Below the pieces are notes generated by a model. It did no database searches. It worked only from the letters and a program-made list of their open reading frames with translations, and was not told where the DNA came from. Shown piece after piece: positions 27,043 through 36,116 of a stretch of DNA of 64,000 nt. The stretch is taken from assembly GCA_021513695.1 (NCBI GenBank), contig CP084166.1:544001-608000 (forward strand), in the 5' to 3' direction. The stretch comes from Candidatus Heimdallarchaeum aukensis. GTDB lineage: Archaea > Asgardarchaeota > Heimdallarchaeia > Heimdallarchaeales > Heimdallarchaeaceae. A program made the translations under genes and the position numbers. Within the stretch, counting starts at the first letter, position 1; every line of letters starts with the position of its first letter.

Positions 27043-29805
27043 ATGTTGATAGTAAAACAGTATAGAACCAAAATAGTTTTTATTATTGTAGTCTATTCTT
27101 TATTTATTAGTTCAAGCGTTAATTTATCTCAAGAAAAGATATATGCCTATGAAGTTCAAAAAGATCATAATAATCTAAAAAAAATTGAACAGAATAGCAG
27201 TTTTTCTATTTATAATAGTTCTAAATACAGAGTATTATGGAAATTAACCATTCCATCACCATATTATGGAGATATTTCATTTATTGATTTAACAGATGAT
27301 AATAAACTAGATTTACTAATTGGAAAGCCTGATGAAGGATTATATGCTATAAATGGATTTAATGGTTCTATTATTTGGACAAAAAATTACTCTTCCAATA
27401 GTTGGTGGTTTCCTTATGTCAAGTGTTATGGAGCAAATTTTTTGGACATTGACTCTGATAATGAACTTGAGATCATTTTTAGTGTTGCTAATAATCGTAC
27501 TATTAATGCTTTAGAAAAAAATTCTACAGATATTTGGTCATATTATTGTAATGATGGTAATGGTAATACTGTTTTGGTTGATACAAACAATGATGGTTAT
27601 AAAGAACTTCTTTTTGGTTTTTCTGGAGGAATAAAAACTCTTTCTCCTTTTAACAGAACTGTTCTGTGGAGCTATGAAAACGATCTTCTTTCTTCTGGAG
27701 AATCATATCTGACTATAGCAGATTTAAACAACGATGGATTTGATGATGTAATTGATGCTTCATCTTTTGGTAATCTGATTGCAATTAATGGAAAAACACA
27801 TACACTTCTATGGGAAAGAACTTTACCTAAAAAAAATAAAGATAAAGAATTAAGACATCTTTCTAGGCCTGTTGCTGGAGATATGGACGGAGATGGTCAA
27901 TTAGAAGTGTTTGTAAGTGCAGGAAAAGAATATAAGAATATTTTTTTCACACTTGATGGAAAAACAGGAAAAACAATTTGGAAGGTTGAAGGAGAAAAAT
28001 TTAGTCGTGACACAGTTCTTGGAGATTTAAATGGAGATAATATTTTAGATATCGTTTCAACAACTACTGATGGTAAAATAATTGTGCTTGATGGTTTAAA
28101 AGGAAAAACTTTATGGACATTTCAATTTGGCAAATCATTGAACAATCCAGATAGCTATGGATTACCTCTTTCTTGCCCTGTTTTAGGTGACCTTAATAAT
28201 GATAACAGATTAGATGTTTTAATAGGCTCATGTGATGGTAAATATTATATCCTTGACGGATTAACAGGTAACCCTTTGTTTATTTTTGACAATCCTTCAA
28301 TATCTGAAGGACATAGAAAAACAGTAGATATTATTGATACAGGTGCTATCGTAGATTTAGACGGAGACGGAGAAAATGAAGTTGTTCTTGTCTGGACAGG
28401 TTTAGGTGTCTACGCTTACGATTTTGAGGAGGAATTAGCAGGAAAAAGAATTTTCTGGGGGACAAAGAGAGGAAATTCTTTGCAATGGGGAAATGCTTTA
28501 GCATTAGATCAAGATAATGACAGATTATCAGATTACAGTGAAAAATTATTTGGGACAGATAAAACGAATCCTGATACTGATGGAGATGGATTACCTGATG
28601 GTTATGAACTCAGTTACTTAAATACATCACCAACTCTATATGATACTGATAATAATGGAATTAGCGATGGTGAAGAAGACTTTGATGGTGACGGATTATT
28701 AAATGAACAAGAATTTAGACGCTTTACTGACCCATTTATATTTGATTCTGATTTTGATGGAATAAGAGATAAGCTTGACCTTTTTCCTTATTTAAATGAC
28801 TATATCGTTTATTCTAAAATTCTTGGAATTGTTTCTTTGTTTAGTTTTTCATTGTATAGTTACAAAAACTACAGGAAAAAAGGTTTAGTTTATCGAATTA
28901 TAAACTACGCTTACCTTAAAACAAAAAGGTTCCTTAAAAAATGTAAAAACTTTTTTAAAAAAACATCAGACGAAGTATTCTACTTTCTTCTCGTCAATAA
29001 AGGGTTAACAATAGCAAAAACCATTCTTGCCTTTATTCTTTCTAATATACTAATTATTCCTTTTTTCATTCCAGCTTGGAGAGAAAGAATGTATCTTAAG
29101 AATACTGAAGCACATATCACAATTTCTGATACAGGATTCCATAATATGGGATACATTGATCATTCGGGAGAATGTGTAGGAAAATACTGGCTTAGAACAG
29201 AAGATGGAGTATTCTATGCAATAAGTGGATATAAAGGAAACTTACCATACGGAGATTTCTATATTCGTGGTGAAGGATTTACTTATGATTCTGGAGATTT
29301 GGGGTTGAACTATCTTTTTGAAATGTCTCCTGAAGATGTGAAAGAAATAAAAGCAGCTCTTAGAAGACCTTGGTTATTGTTACTAGGATTAGTAGCTGTA
29401 AGCTTAGTGTTTTACTTAACATTCTACATTCTACAAAAGCTCATAAGCAAAATAACAGAACAGTCGTTTAAAGGAACACCATTTGAAGAGATGATTGCCA
29501 GTTTCCTCGAAGAAGTAAAGAAAATTACTTTTAGGAAACAGGAAAGTTTTGCAATGCAAGGATTATGGTTTGATCTAATAGAATACTACTGGGACAAAGG
29601 GTTAAGTAAATACGTCGACATTGATAAAAAACAATTAGTTCAGAGTAAAGGAGCACAAAAATATTTCATCAAAGACGATATTCAAGTTAAAGATGTTATT
29701 ATATACCTTGTTCTGTCTGATCCAGAAGCTCAAAAGACTAAGTTACCTATCATCATCAGGACCAATAGATTAAAAAAATCTAAACTGGAAAAAATAGATA
29801 ATTAA
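27043..29805 (+). CDS. Receptor-like membrane protein (920 aa). It has a signal anchor, FG-GAP/PQQ-like beta-propeller repeats (DLNNDGFDDV, GDMDGDGQLEV, GDLNGDNILD), TSP3-like Ca-binding repeats (DTDGDGLPDGYE...), TM helices, and a ~300-aa C-terminal region.
   Basis: Repeated DxDxDG FG-GAP signatures and TSP3-type repeats read from the translation. Confidence 0.7.
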   Translation: MLIVKQYRTKIVFIIVVYSLFISSSVNLSQEKIYAYEVQKDHNNLKKIEQNSSFSIYNSSKYRVLWKLTIPSPYYGDISFIDLTDDNKLDLLIGKPDEGLYAINGFNGSIIWTKNYSSNSWWFPYVKCYGANFLDIDSDNELEIIFSVANNRTINALEKNSTDIWSYYCNDGNGNTVLVDTNNDGYKELLFGFSGGIKTLSPFNRTVLWSYENDLLSSGESYLTIADLNNDGFDDVIDASSFGNLIAINGKTHTLLWERTLPKKNKDKELRHLSRPVAGDMDGDGQLEVFVSAGKEYKNIFFTLDGKTGKTIWKVEGEKFSRDTVLGDLNGDNILDIVSTTTDGKIIVLDGLKGKTLWTFQFGKSLNNPDSYGLPLSCPVLGDLNNDNRLDVLIGSCDGKYYILDGLTGNPLFIFDNPSISEGHRKTVDIIDTGAIVDLDGDGENEVVLVWTGLGVYAYDFEEELAGKRIFWGTKRGNSLQWGNALALDQDNDRLSDYSEKLFGTDKTNPDTDGDGLPDGYELSYLNTSPTLYDTDNNGISDGEEDFDGDGLLNEQEFRRFTDPFIFDSDFDGIRDKLDLFPYLNDYIVYSKILGIVSLFSFSLYSYKNYRKKGLVYRIINYAYLKTKRFLKKCKNFFKKTSDEVFYFLLVNKGLTIAKTILAFILSNILIIPFFIPAWRERMYLKNTEAHITISDTGFHNMGYIDHSGECVGKYWLRTEDGVFYAISGYKGNLPYGDFYIRGEGFTYDSGDLGLNYLFEMSPEDVKEIKAALRRPWLLLLGLVAVSLVFYLTFYILQKLISKITEQSFKGTPFEEMIASFLEEVKKITFRKQESFAMQGLWFDLIEYYWDKGLSKYVDIDKKQLVQSKGAQKYFIKDDIQVKDVIIYLVLSDPEAQKTKLPIIIRTNRLKKSKLEKIDN

Positions 29806-29816
29806 TAAAGCATTTT

Positions 29817-30299
29817 TTATTTTGTTCGTAGTAATCTTGAAAGATGATAACCACAGCTTACAGGTAGTATTGGATGCTTTTTTCCGCTGATTGATATTGA
29901 AATATTTTTTATTATTTTTATTTCAGAATAATGACGCCAACCTTTACTTAAAACAAGAGGGTAGTATGATTTCTTAATATTTTTTGAACAATATTCTTCA
30001 ACTATAGTTTTTACTACTTTTGAACCATTTTCTAGTTTTTCAATGACTTCTTTAGCTTTTGCACTTTTGTTTTTCAATTCAGCAATTATAATATACAAAC
30101 AATGATTAGTCTCAACAATAATAATACAATCTGATGATTTTTCCTTAATTAACGAGTCCCCATCTAATATTATATATTCTTTATCAATATCAATTTTTAG
30201 TTCACAGTTTCTTTCATAACATTTCTTTCTTGAATAGTCCGAATAAAATTGGCTAACAGTTTGAAAAAAAGTCATAGAAAATCCCATTGAAATAATCAT
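29817..30299 (-). CDS. Hypothetical protein with a possible PD-(D/E)xK nuclease-like core
   Basis: SDCIIIVETN ... YIIIAELK is compatible with D...ExK spacing. No other support. Confidence 0.3.
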   Translation of the reverse strand: MIISMGFSMTFFQTVSQFYSDYSRKKCYERNCELKIDIDKEYIILDGDSLIKEKSSDCIIIVETNHCLYIIIAELKNKSAKAKEVIEKLENGSKVVKTIVEEYCSKNIKKSYYPLVLSKGWRHYSEIKIIKNISISISGKKHPILPVSCGYHLSRLLRTK

Positions 30300-30967
30300 T
30301 CTAGTTCTTTTTTTAGTTTAAAAATTTCTTCATGGTATCTCTTTTCCTTTTCTTACTGATATTAATAGAGTTATTATAAGCTATAAACAAAACTGTTATA
30401 ATAAAAGATTATTAGAAATTATAAAATTAATGTGAGTACAAAGTTGTTTTCATTATCAAAACATACTCGAAAAACGCTTAAATTTGACACCTATTACAAT
30501 TATTAAAACAATACCAAAAAATGAGATTGTCCCAATCACATACGAAGGATACATTTATTCCCATATAGAATGACTGCTTTCCCCATAGATCCAATTTTAA
30601 ACACTACTTTTATTATCGTTTAAACTTGGGATATTCTGATTCTAGTGCATATTCTTATGCAAGATATAAAGCATAGTACTAACATAAAGACCAAATTTCT
30701 CTGAAAAATGATTAATGCAAATATATTTGGTTGCTATATTAGTAAAATAACAATACCACAAAGATGTTTTTTAATTAAAGATTGAAGAAACAGGTAGAGT
30801 ACAATGAATCTTGTACTAAATAAGGTCAAATTAACACCTGTTATTCATCCTTTACAAAAAGGACAATCCTGTTCGTTAACAAATCTATAACTATATGTCA
30901 AAAATGATATATAGATGTTTAAAATAATGAATATTTGATAGAAAAGTATGTATTTTGTTGATAAAAA

Positions 30968-32026
30968 ATGAGCAATAATAAACATACTACAATCGCATTA
31001 ATAATAGTCATATTGTCATTAGCTCTTGTTTTTATTAAACCAACAGGAGCTGGTTGGGTAGAATGGGAAGGGAAAGTGTATAATGAATGGAATAATGGAG
31101 TAAGTGGAGCAATAGTAAAACTAAAACAGAATAATGTTGTTGTTAAAACAACAACCACAGATAGTAATGGGGAATATTCTCTCATATACTATACTTCTAG
31201 CTATGCTACATACAAAATTACAGTGACTAAGGAGGATTATAATAGTCAAACAAAGACTGTTCCCAAGACTTCCCTTGGAGAACCCTGGGTTGTAGATTTT
31301 AATATTCGCTATGTTATGAAATATGCTGTGATCGTGGGAATAGAAGATTATGCTTATCTTAATGATTTACAGTATACAGAAAATGATGCAGATGCTTGGT
31401 ACGACTTCTTATGTGATACATCTTTAGATTTCGATGAAGTGGATCTATATAAAGGTAGTAATGCATATGAATCCGCCATCAAAAACGCTTTAGAAAATAT
31501 GGTAAATATAGCTGATAAAGGTGACATTATTGCATTTATTTTCTCAGGGCATGGTTATAAAAAAAGTAGTACTGAACATGCCCTTTCTATGTGGGATGCT
31601 GATGGTAATGGTAACACAGGTTACTTATATGATTCAGAACTAGCAACTATTTTAACTAGTTCAGAAGCTGAAAGAATATTTCTATTTTTTGACTGTTGTT
31701 ACAGCTATGGAATGCAAGAGGAGTTGGCAGAGATAGGAAGCAAAGATCATATCCTTCTTACTAGTTCTTGTGATAAAAATGAAATTTCCTATTATGACAA
31801 AGCAAATGAAAAGAGTTGTTGGACGCAAAGTTTTTTAGTAGAATCATGGATTAATAATAATGAGCCAGAAGATCCTGTAATAGATGTTTTCAACGATGCA
31901 ATAATTTATTTCAGAGCCCATATAACTAATGGAGATGATTATTACTCAACGGATCAGAATCCGCAATTGTGGAACCCTTATGGAAACAATTTTCGATTAA
32001 CTAAGTATGGAATCTCACCACCATAA
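30968..32026 (+). CDS. Secreted caspase-fold peptidase with an N-terminal carboxypeptidase-regulatory-like (transthyretin-like) domain
   Basis: VKTTTTDSNGEYSL motif. His-Gly in IFSGHGY and Cys in LFFDCCYSYG. Confidence 0.6.
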   Translation: MSNNKHTTIALIIVILSLALVFIKPTGAGWVEWEGKVYNEWNNGVSGAIVKLKQNNVVVKTTTTDSNGEYSLIYYTSSYATYKITVTKEDYNSQTKTVPKTSLGEPWVVDFNIRYVMKYAVIVGIEDYAYLNDLQYTENDADAWYDFLCDTSLDFDEVDLYKGSNAYESAIKNALENMVNIADKGDIIAFIFSGHGYKKSSTEHALSMWDADGNGNTGYLYDSELATILTSSEAERIFLFFDCCYSYGMQEELAEIGSKDHILLTSSCDKNEISYYDKANEKSCWTQSFLVESWINNNEPEDPVIDVFNDAIIYFRAHITNGDDYYSTDQNPQLWNPYGNNFRLTKYGISPP

Positions 32027-32041
32027 GGAGAGAAAAAAAGT

Positions 32042-33466
32042 ATGAAACTAAATAAAAAAGTGTTGACTATAATATTGTGCACAATCATCTTACTGTTAGT
32101 AGGTACTTCAAATACAACTAGAGCAGTTCATCAAGAAAAGAACAGATTCGCACATACATTACACACCAATATTAGTTTAATCACTCCAATTAATATCACC
32201 TCTGATGAAGATTTCTCTAAGTATGCATATGATGGTTCAGGAAGAGAAGAGGATCCATATATAATTGAGGGATATGAAATAACAGGGCAGGATGTTACAG
32301 GGATATACATAGCGAATACTACGAAATATTTCATCATACGTGACTGTGTTATTGAAGGTACTAGTCAAGGAATTCATATTGTAAATGTGTCGGATGGGAC
32401 AGCATTAATCACAAATAATATTTGTAAAAATATAGTAAACCAAGGTATAATCGTTGAAAACACTAATTATGCGATATTACATAACAATACTTGTAGTGAA
32501 TCTAATATGTATGGCATCCATAGCCGATTCTCAGATTACCTTATATTGGAACAGAATACTTGTAATAAAAACGGAATGTGTGGAATTTTTGTAGATTACT
32601 CAACTTCGACTGTGATTAGGAAGAATATTGTTATTGATAATGTGCTCTCAGGTATTATTGTACAAGATACAGTAAAAACTCTCATCTCCCAGAATTATTG
32701 TTTTGATAATGATGGCATGGGTGGAATAGTGCTCTCAAGATCTCTAAATGCGACAATTATAAACAATATTTGTGTTGATGACTTTCAAGTTCAAGATGGT
32801 ATTAATCTTTACAATTCAGATGGTTTTATTATAAAAAATAATACCATTTCCTATGGCAGGTATGGAATATTTGTATCTGAATCTTCACACGGGGTATATA
32901 CTAATAATACTTGTATAGAAAATAGCAAATATGCTGTTTATATAAAATATGGATACAACATTTCTATCAATGAAAACAACTGCAGCGCTAATGAGCAAGG
33001 AATAAATCTTTACAACTCTTCAACAATTTATATCCACAATAATAGTATAAGTAAAAACACTATTGGACTGACTTTTGATCTCACGAATCATTCAATCATC
33101 ACTTTTAATTCATTTGAGGAGAATGAACAATATGCAATAATTATAGATTCTTCATCTTCTTCTAATCTCATCCACCATAATACGTTTGTTGACAACAACT
33201 TGCAAGGAACATCTCAAGCTTGTGACAATGGCAATAATAATACCTGGTATGACCAATCGACAAAAACTGGTAATTATTGGTCTGATAAAAAAGGAGGAAA
33301 ATATTACATAGATGGTAGTAGTAAATCGTATGATAAATATCCCCTAAAAAATCCCCCTCAACAATTTGCTGAAAAAACTTCTATTGATTTTTTCATCATT
33401 CTTATATCTTTTCTCTCTTCTACAGTTATTATGTCTTATGTCAAAAGAAACAAGTATGCTTTATGA
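32042..33466 (+). CDS. Beta-helix (PbH1/NosD-like) repeat surface protein with a C-terminal TM anchor (474 aa). It is a paralog of the beta-helix domain of receptor genes A and B.
   Basis: Repeated right-handed beta-helix units (...NNxCxxN..GI.L...). GTSQACDNG...GNYWSD cap and C-terminal hydrophobic helix. Confidence 0.7.
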   Translation: MKLNKKVLTIILCTIILLLVGTSNTTRAVHQEKNRFAHTLHTNISLITPINITSDEDFSKYAYDGSGREEDPYIIEGYEITGQDVTGIYIANTTKYFIIRDCVIEGTSQGIHIVNVSDGTALITNNICKNIVNQGIIVENTNYAILHNNTCSESNMYGIHSRFSDYLILEQNTCNKNGMCGIFVDYSTSTVIRKNIVIDNVLSGIIVQDTVKTLISQNYCFDNDGMGGIVLSRSLNATIINNICVDDFQVQDGINLYNSDGFIIKNNTISYGRYGIFVSESSHGVYTNNTCIENSKYAVYIKYGYNISINENNCSANEQGINLYNSSTIYIHNNSISKNTIGLTFDLTNHSIITFNSFEENEQYAIIIDSSSSSNLIHHNTFVDNNLQGTSQACDNGNNNTWYDQSTKTGNYWSDKKGGKYYIDGSSKSYDKYPLKNPPQQFAEKTSIDFFIILISFLSSTVIMSYVKRNKYAL

Positions 33467-33727
33467 CAATTATGAGTGATTCGAATGTTAAGGTTATTAC
33501 CCAGATGTTAAATTCTAGTTAAGCTAGTTATTCAGCTAGTGCAGCTGCTTTAGGAAGCATTAAATCTTTGTTTATTGTTCTTCTTTTAGTTTTCTACTTT
33601 GGCTTAAAGTTTAAATATTCTATATGAATGAAAAAAATCAATTTTACTCTTGTAGGACTTGCAATCATTTTATCTGGATGCGATTAAGAATTTTTTAATA
33701 ATACATATGAATGTATATGTGATTAAG

Positions 33728-33937
33728 ATGGCTAAGAATATAGCAATCTCTGATGAACTCTACAAATTGCTGAAACGTTTAAAACGCCCTGGTGAAAGTT
33801 TTACTGATGTGATTTTAAGATCAATAAAACATTCTACCTCTATAATGGATATTACAGGTAAAAAAACAATACCCCTAGAAGAATGGGAAAAACTCAAGAA
33901 ATTATTTGAAATGAAAGAAATAGAGTTACAAGCGTAA
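33728..33937 (+). pseudogene. Second, 3'-truncated copy of the antitoxin-like gene (duplicate of 25589-25840)
   Basis: About 95% nucleotide identity. A deletion gives a premature stop (…KEIELQA*). Confidence 0.45.
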
Positions 33938-34166
33938 AAGAGATTTGCTTGAGCAGACGATAAAAGATTTCAATTGGTTTATTATTAGCAATAATAACAA
34001 ATCCAATCGGAAATGAATCTGAAATTCCATTGGGAAAAAATTTTTCTTTAATAGAGACACCTATTTTTATTTTTGTTTTTGGACTTTTTTCAATTCTAAT
34101 TTATTTTCAGTAAAACAAAAATTATGTGGAACTGTTGCAAAATTAACATTGACATCAAAAGAATTA

Positions 34167-35501
34167 TTATTTTAGTAATAACTGTAAAGCTGAAATTTGT
34201 TTCTGTTTAGGGTCTATAGTCTTATTTTTAAAGAAAATCCCACTATTTAACATCTCTTCATAGATAATTACTCCCAATATGTGTTTATTTATTGTTTCTG
34301 TTTTTTCGAAACATTTGTCTACTATTGGTTTAATCTCTTTGTAAAGTTCATACTTTCTAATTTCATCAGAACTATAATTGTGAAAATAGTAATCAATAAA
34401 TTGTATTATAATTACTGCATTTTTTTGGTTTAACATTTGATTCTTTTCTAATTTTTCCATTAATCTTCGTTTCAATTGACCTAATTTTGCCTTTATTCGT
34501 TTAGTCTCAACAGTTGATGGAAATTTTATTTGATTTGAAATTTGAATACATTTCTTACTTTTAATTTCGAAGACAAAACAAGATTTAATTGGAGATTCAA
34601 GAAGTTTTGTAACAGAAATTTCTTTTAAGAATTTTTTACCTTTTTCTGATTTTTTTAGTTTATATAATGTGTTTAATAAACTCACTTTATCTGACGAAAA
34701 GTAATTTTCGCCAAAGATTCTTTCCATACTATTTAGATATTGATATAAGGATAAATTTTTAGAACCCATAAAATCTTCTTCAAATAATTCCCAAGAATTT
34801 TCCAAAATTAATAGAAGAAGTTTGTCTATTTCTTCTAATACTAGCTTAGTTATGTACTCTTTATCAAACTTATTTTTATAAATTATTTTTTCTAAATCAA
34901 CTTCTAAGCTGACAGAATAATTGAGAGGGATTTTTTGAATGGCTTTTCTACATATTTCATCAAAACTCTCTTCTAATATTTTATCAACCTTATTCTCATA
35001 AAGTGAAGTGACTTCTAAATTAAATTCAATATTTTGAATGAAAATTCGAAAATCATGATTGAAATCTGAAATATCTCCATAAATAATCTTTGATACATGT
35101 TTATTTTTTAATAATTGGATATAAAGTTGGAACTCAATATATTTACTAAAGTTATTATTTCTAGTAAAACTCCTCATTTTTGATATTATTTTCTTCTGAA
35201 TTCTGCTACTTCTTTCAAACAGATTTATTTCTTTTGTAAGAAGATTTTCTATTTCGTCTAGAATATATTTATACTTTGAAGAATTACGAGTATTTTTATT
35301 TGATAAGGTCTTATTTTCAGTATAAGCTAAATTAGCTATGTTAAAAAAAATATTATGATTATAATGTTTTATAGGTACATCAACATCAGAAAAAACTCTA
35401 TCCAAACTTGGATATTTTATTATCACATCTTTTGCCTTTGTAATAAATTCATTTCGATATAACTTATCATTTTTTTTACCGCAATATGAAGAAACAACCA
35501 T
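34167..35501 (-). CDS. Hypothetical protein (444 aa) downstream of hsdR on the same strand
   Basis: Lys/Glu-rich and mostly helical, with no recognisable motif. Confidence 0.45.
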   Translation of the reverse strand: MVVSSYCGKKNDKLYRNEFITKAKDVIIKYPSLDRVFSDVDVPIKHYNHNIFFNIANLAYTENKTLSNKNTRNSSKYKYILDEIENLLTKEINLFERSSRIQKKIISKMRSFTRNNNFSKYIEFQLYIQLLKNKHVSKIIYGDISDFNHDFRIFIQNIEFNLEVTSLYENKVDKILEESFDEICRKAIQKIPLNYSVSLEVDLEKIIYKNKFDKEYITKLVLEEIDKLLLLILENSWELFEEDFMGSKNLSLYQYLNSMERIFGENYFSSDKVSLLNTLYKLKKSEKGKKFLKEISVTKLLESPIKSCFVFEIKSKKCIQISNQIKFPSTVETKRIKAKLGQLKRRLMEKLEKNQMLNQKNAVIIIQFIDYYFHNYSSDEIRKYELYKEIKPIVDKCFEKTETINKHILGVIIYEEMLNSGIFFKNKTIDPKQKQISALQLLLK

Positions 35502-35645
35502 ATAACCACTTTATACATCTATTTTCTTGATAACTACTGTTTAAAACTTTACTAAAAATGTTTCAAAAGTTTCATGTAGTTATTAAATACTGAAATTTTA
35601 TTTTTTTGAATTTATTAGAAAAAATGAATATGTAAGAGAAATTAT

Positions 35646-36056
35646 TTATTTTCTATTGTATTTTTCTGTTAGCATTCTTTTTAACCACAAATTTAGGAAT
35701 GAATTTAGTGAATCTCTACTTTCAGTATCTACCATGCTTTTTGATGGATAAACAACACTAAACAAATACTGATCTTTATAAGATAAAACTTCTGCAATTT
35801 TTTTTAATGAATCTATACGAATTACTACCTCTGGGTCAGGAACCAAATCATCATTTTGTAAAAAATAGTGACCCATTGATAGTATCATCTCGCTTTCATC
35901 ACGAGATAAAATACTAATATGTAACTCCATCAAATTTCCAGAATACAAAATTAGTTTTTCTTCAATTTCTTCAACATTTGGAATTAATTTCATCAAGAGG
36001 TCATAGTTTTTATGAAAGATAGTTTCAATTGTTGTAATTATCTGTTTATCTGACAC
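35646..36056 (-). CDS. Hypothetical protein (136 aa) 60 bp downstream of hsdR on the same strand
   Basis: No recognisable motif. Confidence 0.45.
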   Translation of the reverse strand: MSDKQIITTIETIFHKNYDLLMKLIPNVEEIEEKLILYSGNLMELHISILSRDESEMILSMGHYFLQNDDLVPDPEVVIRIDSLKKIAEVLSYKDQYLFSVVYPSKSMVDTESRDSLNSFLNLWLKRMLTEKYNRK

Positions 36057-36116
36057 AATAATAATAATTAAGATTAGTTTAAAAATACCAAAAATAAATT
36101 ATGAACGCATGAGATA

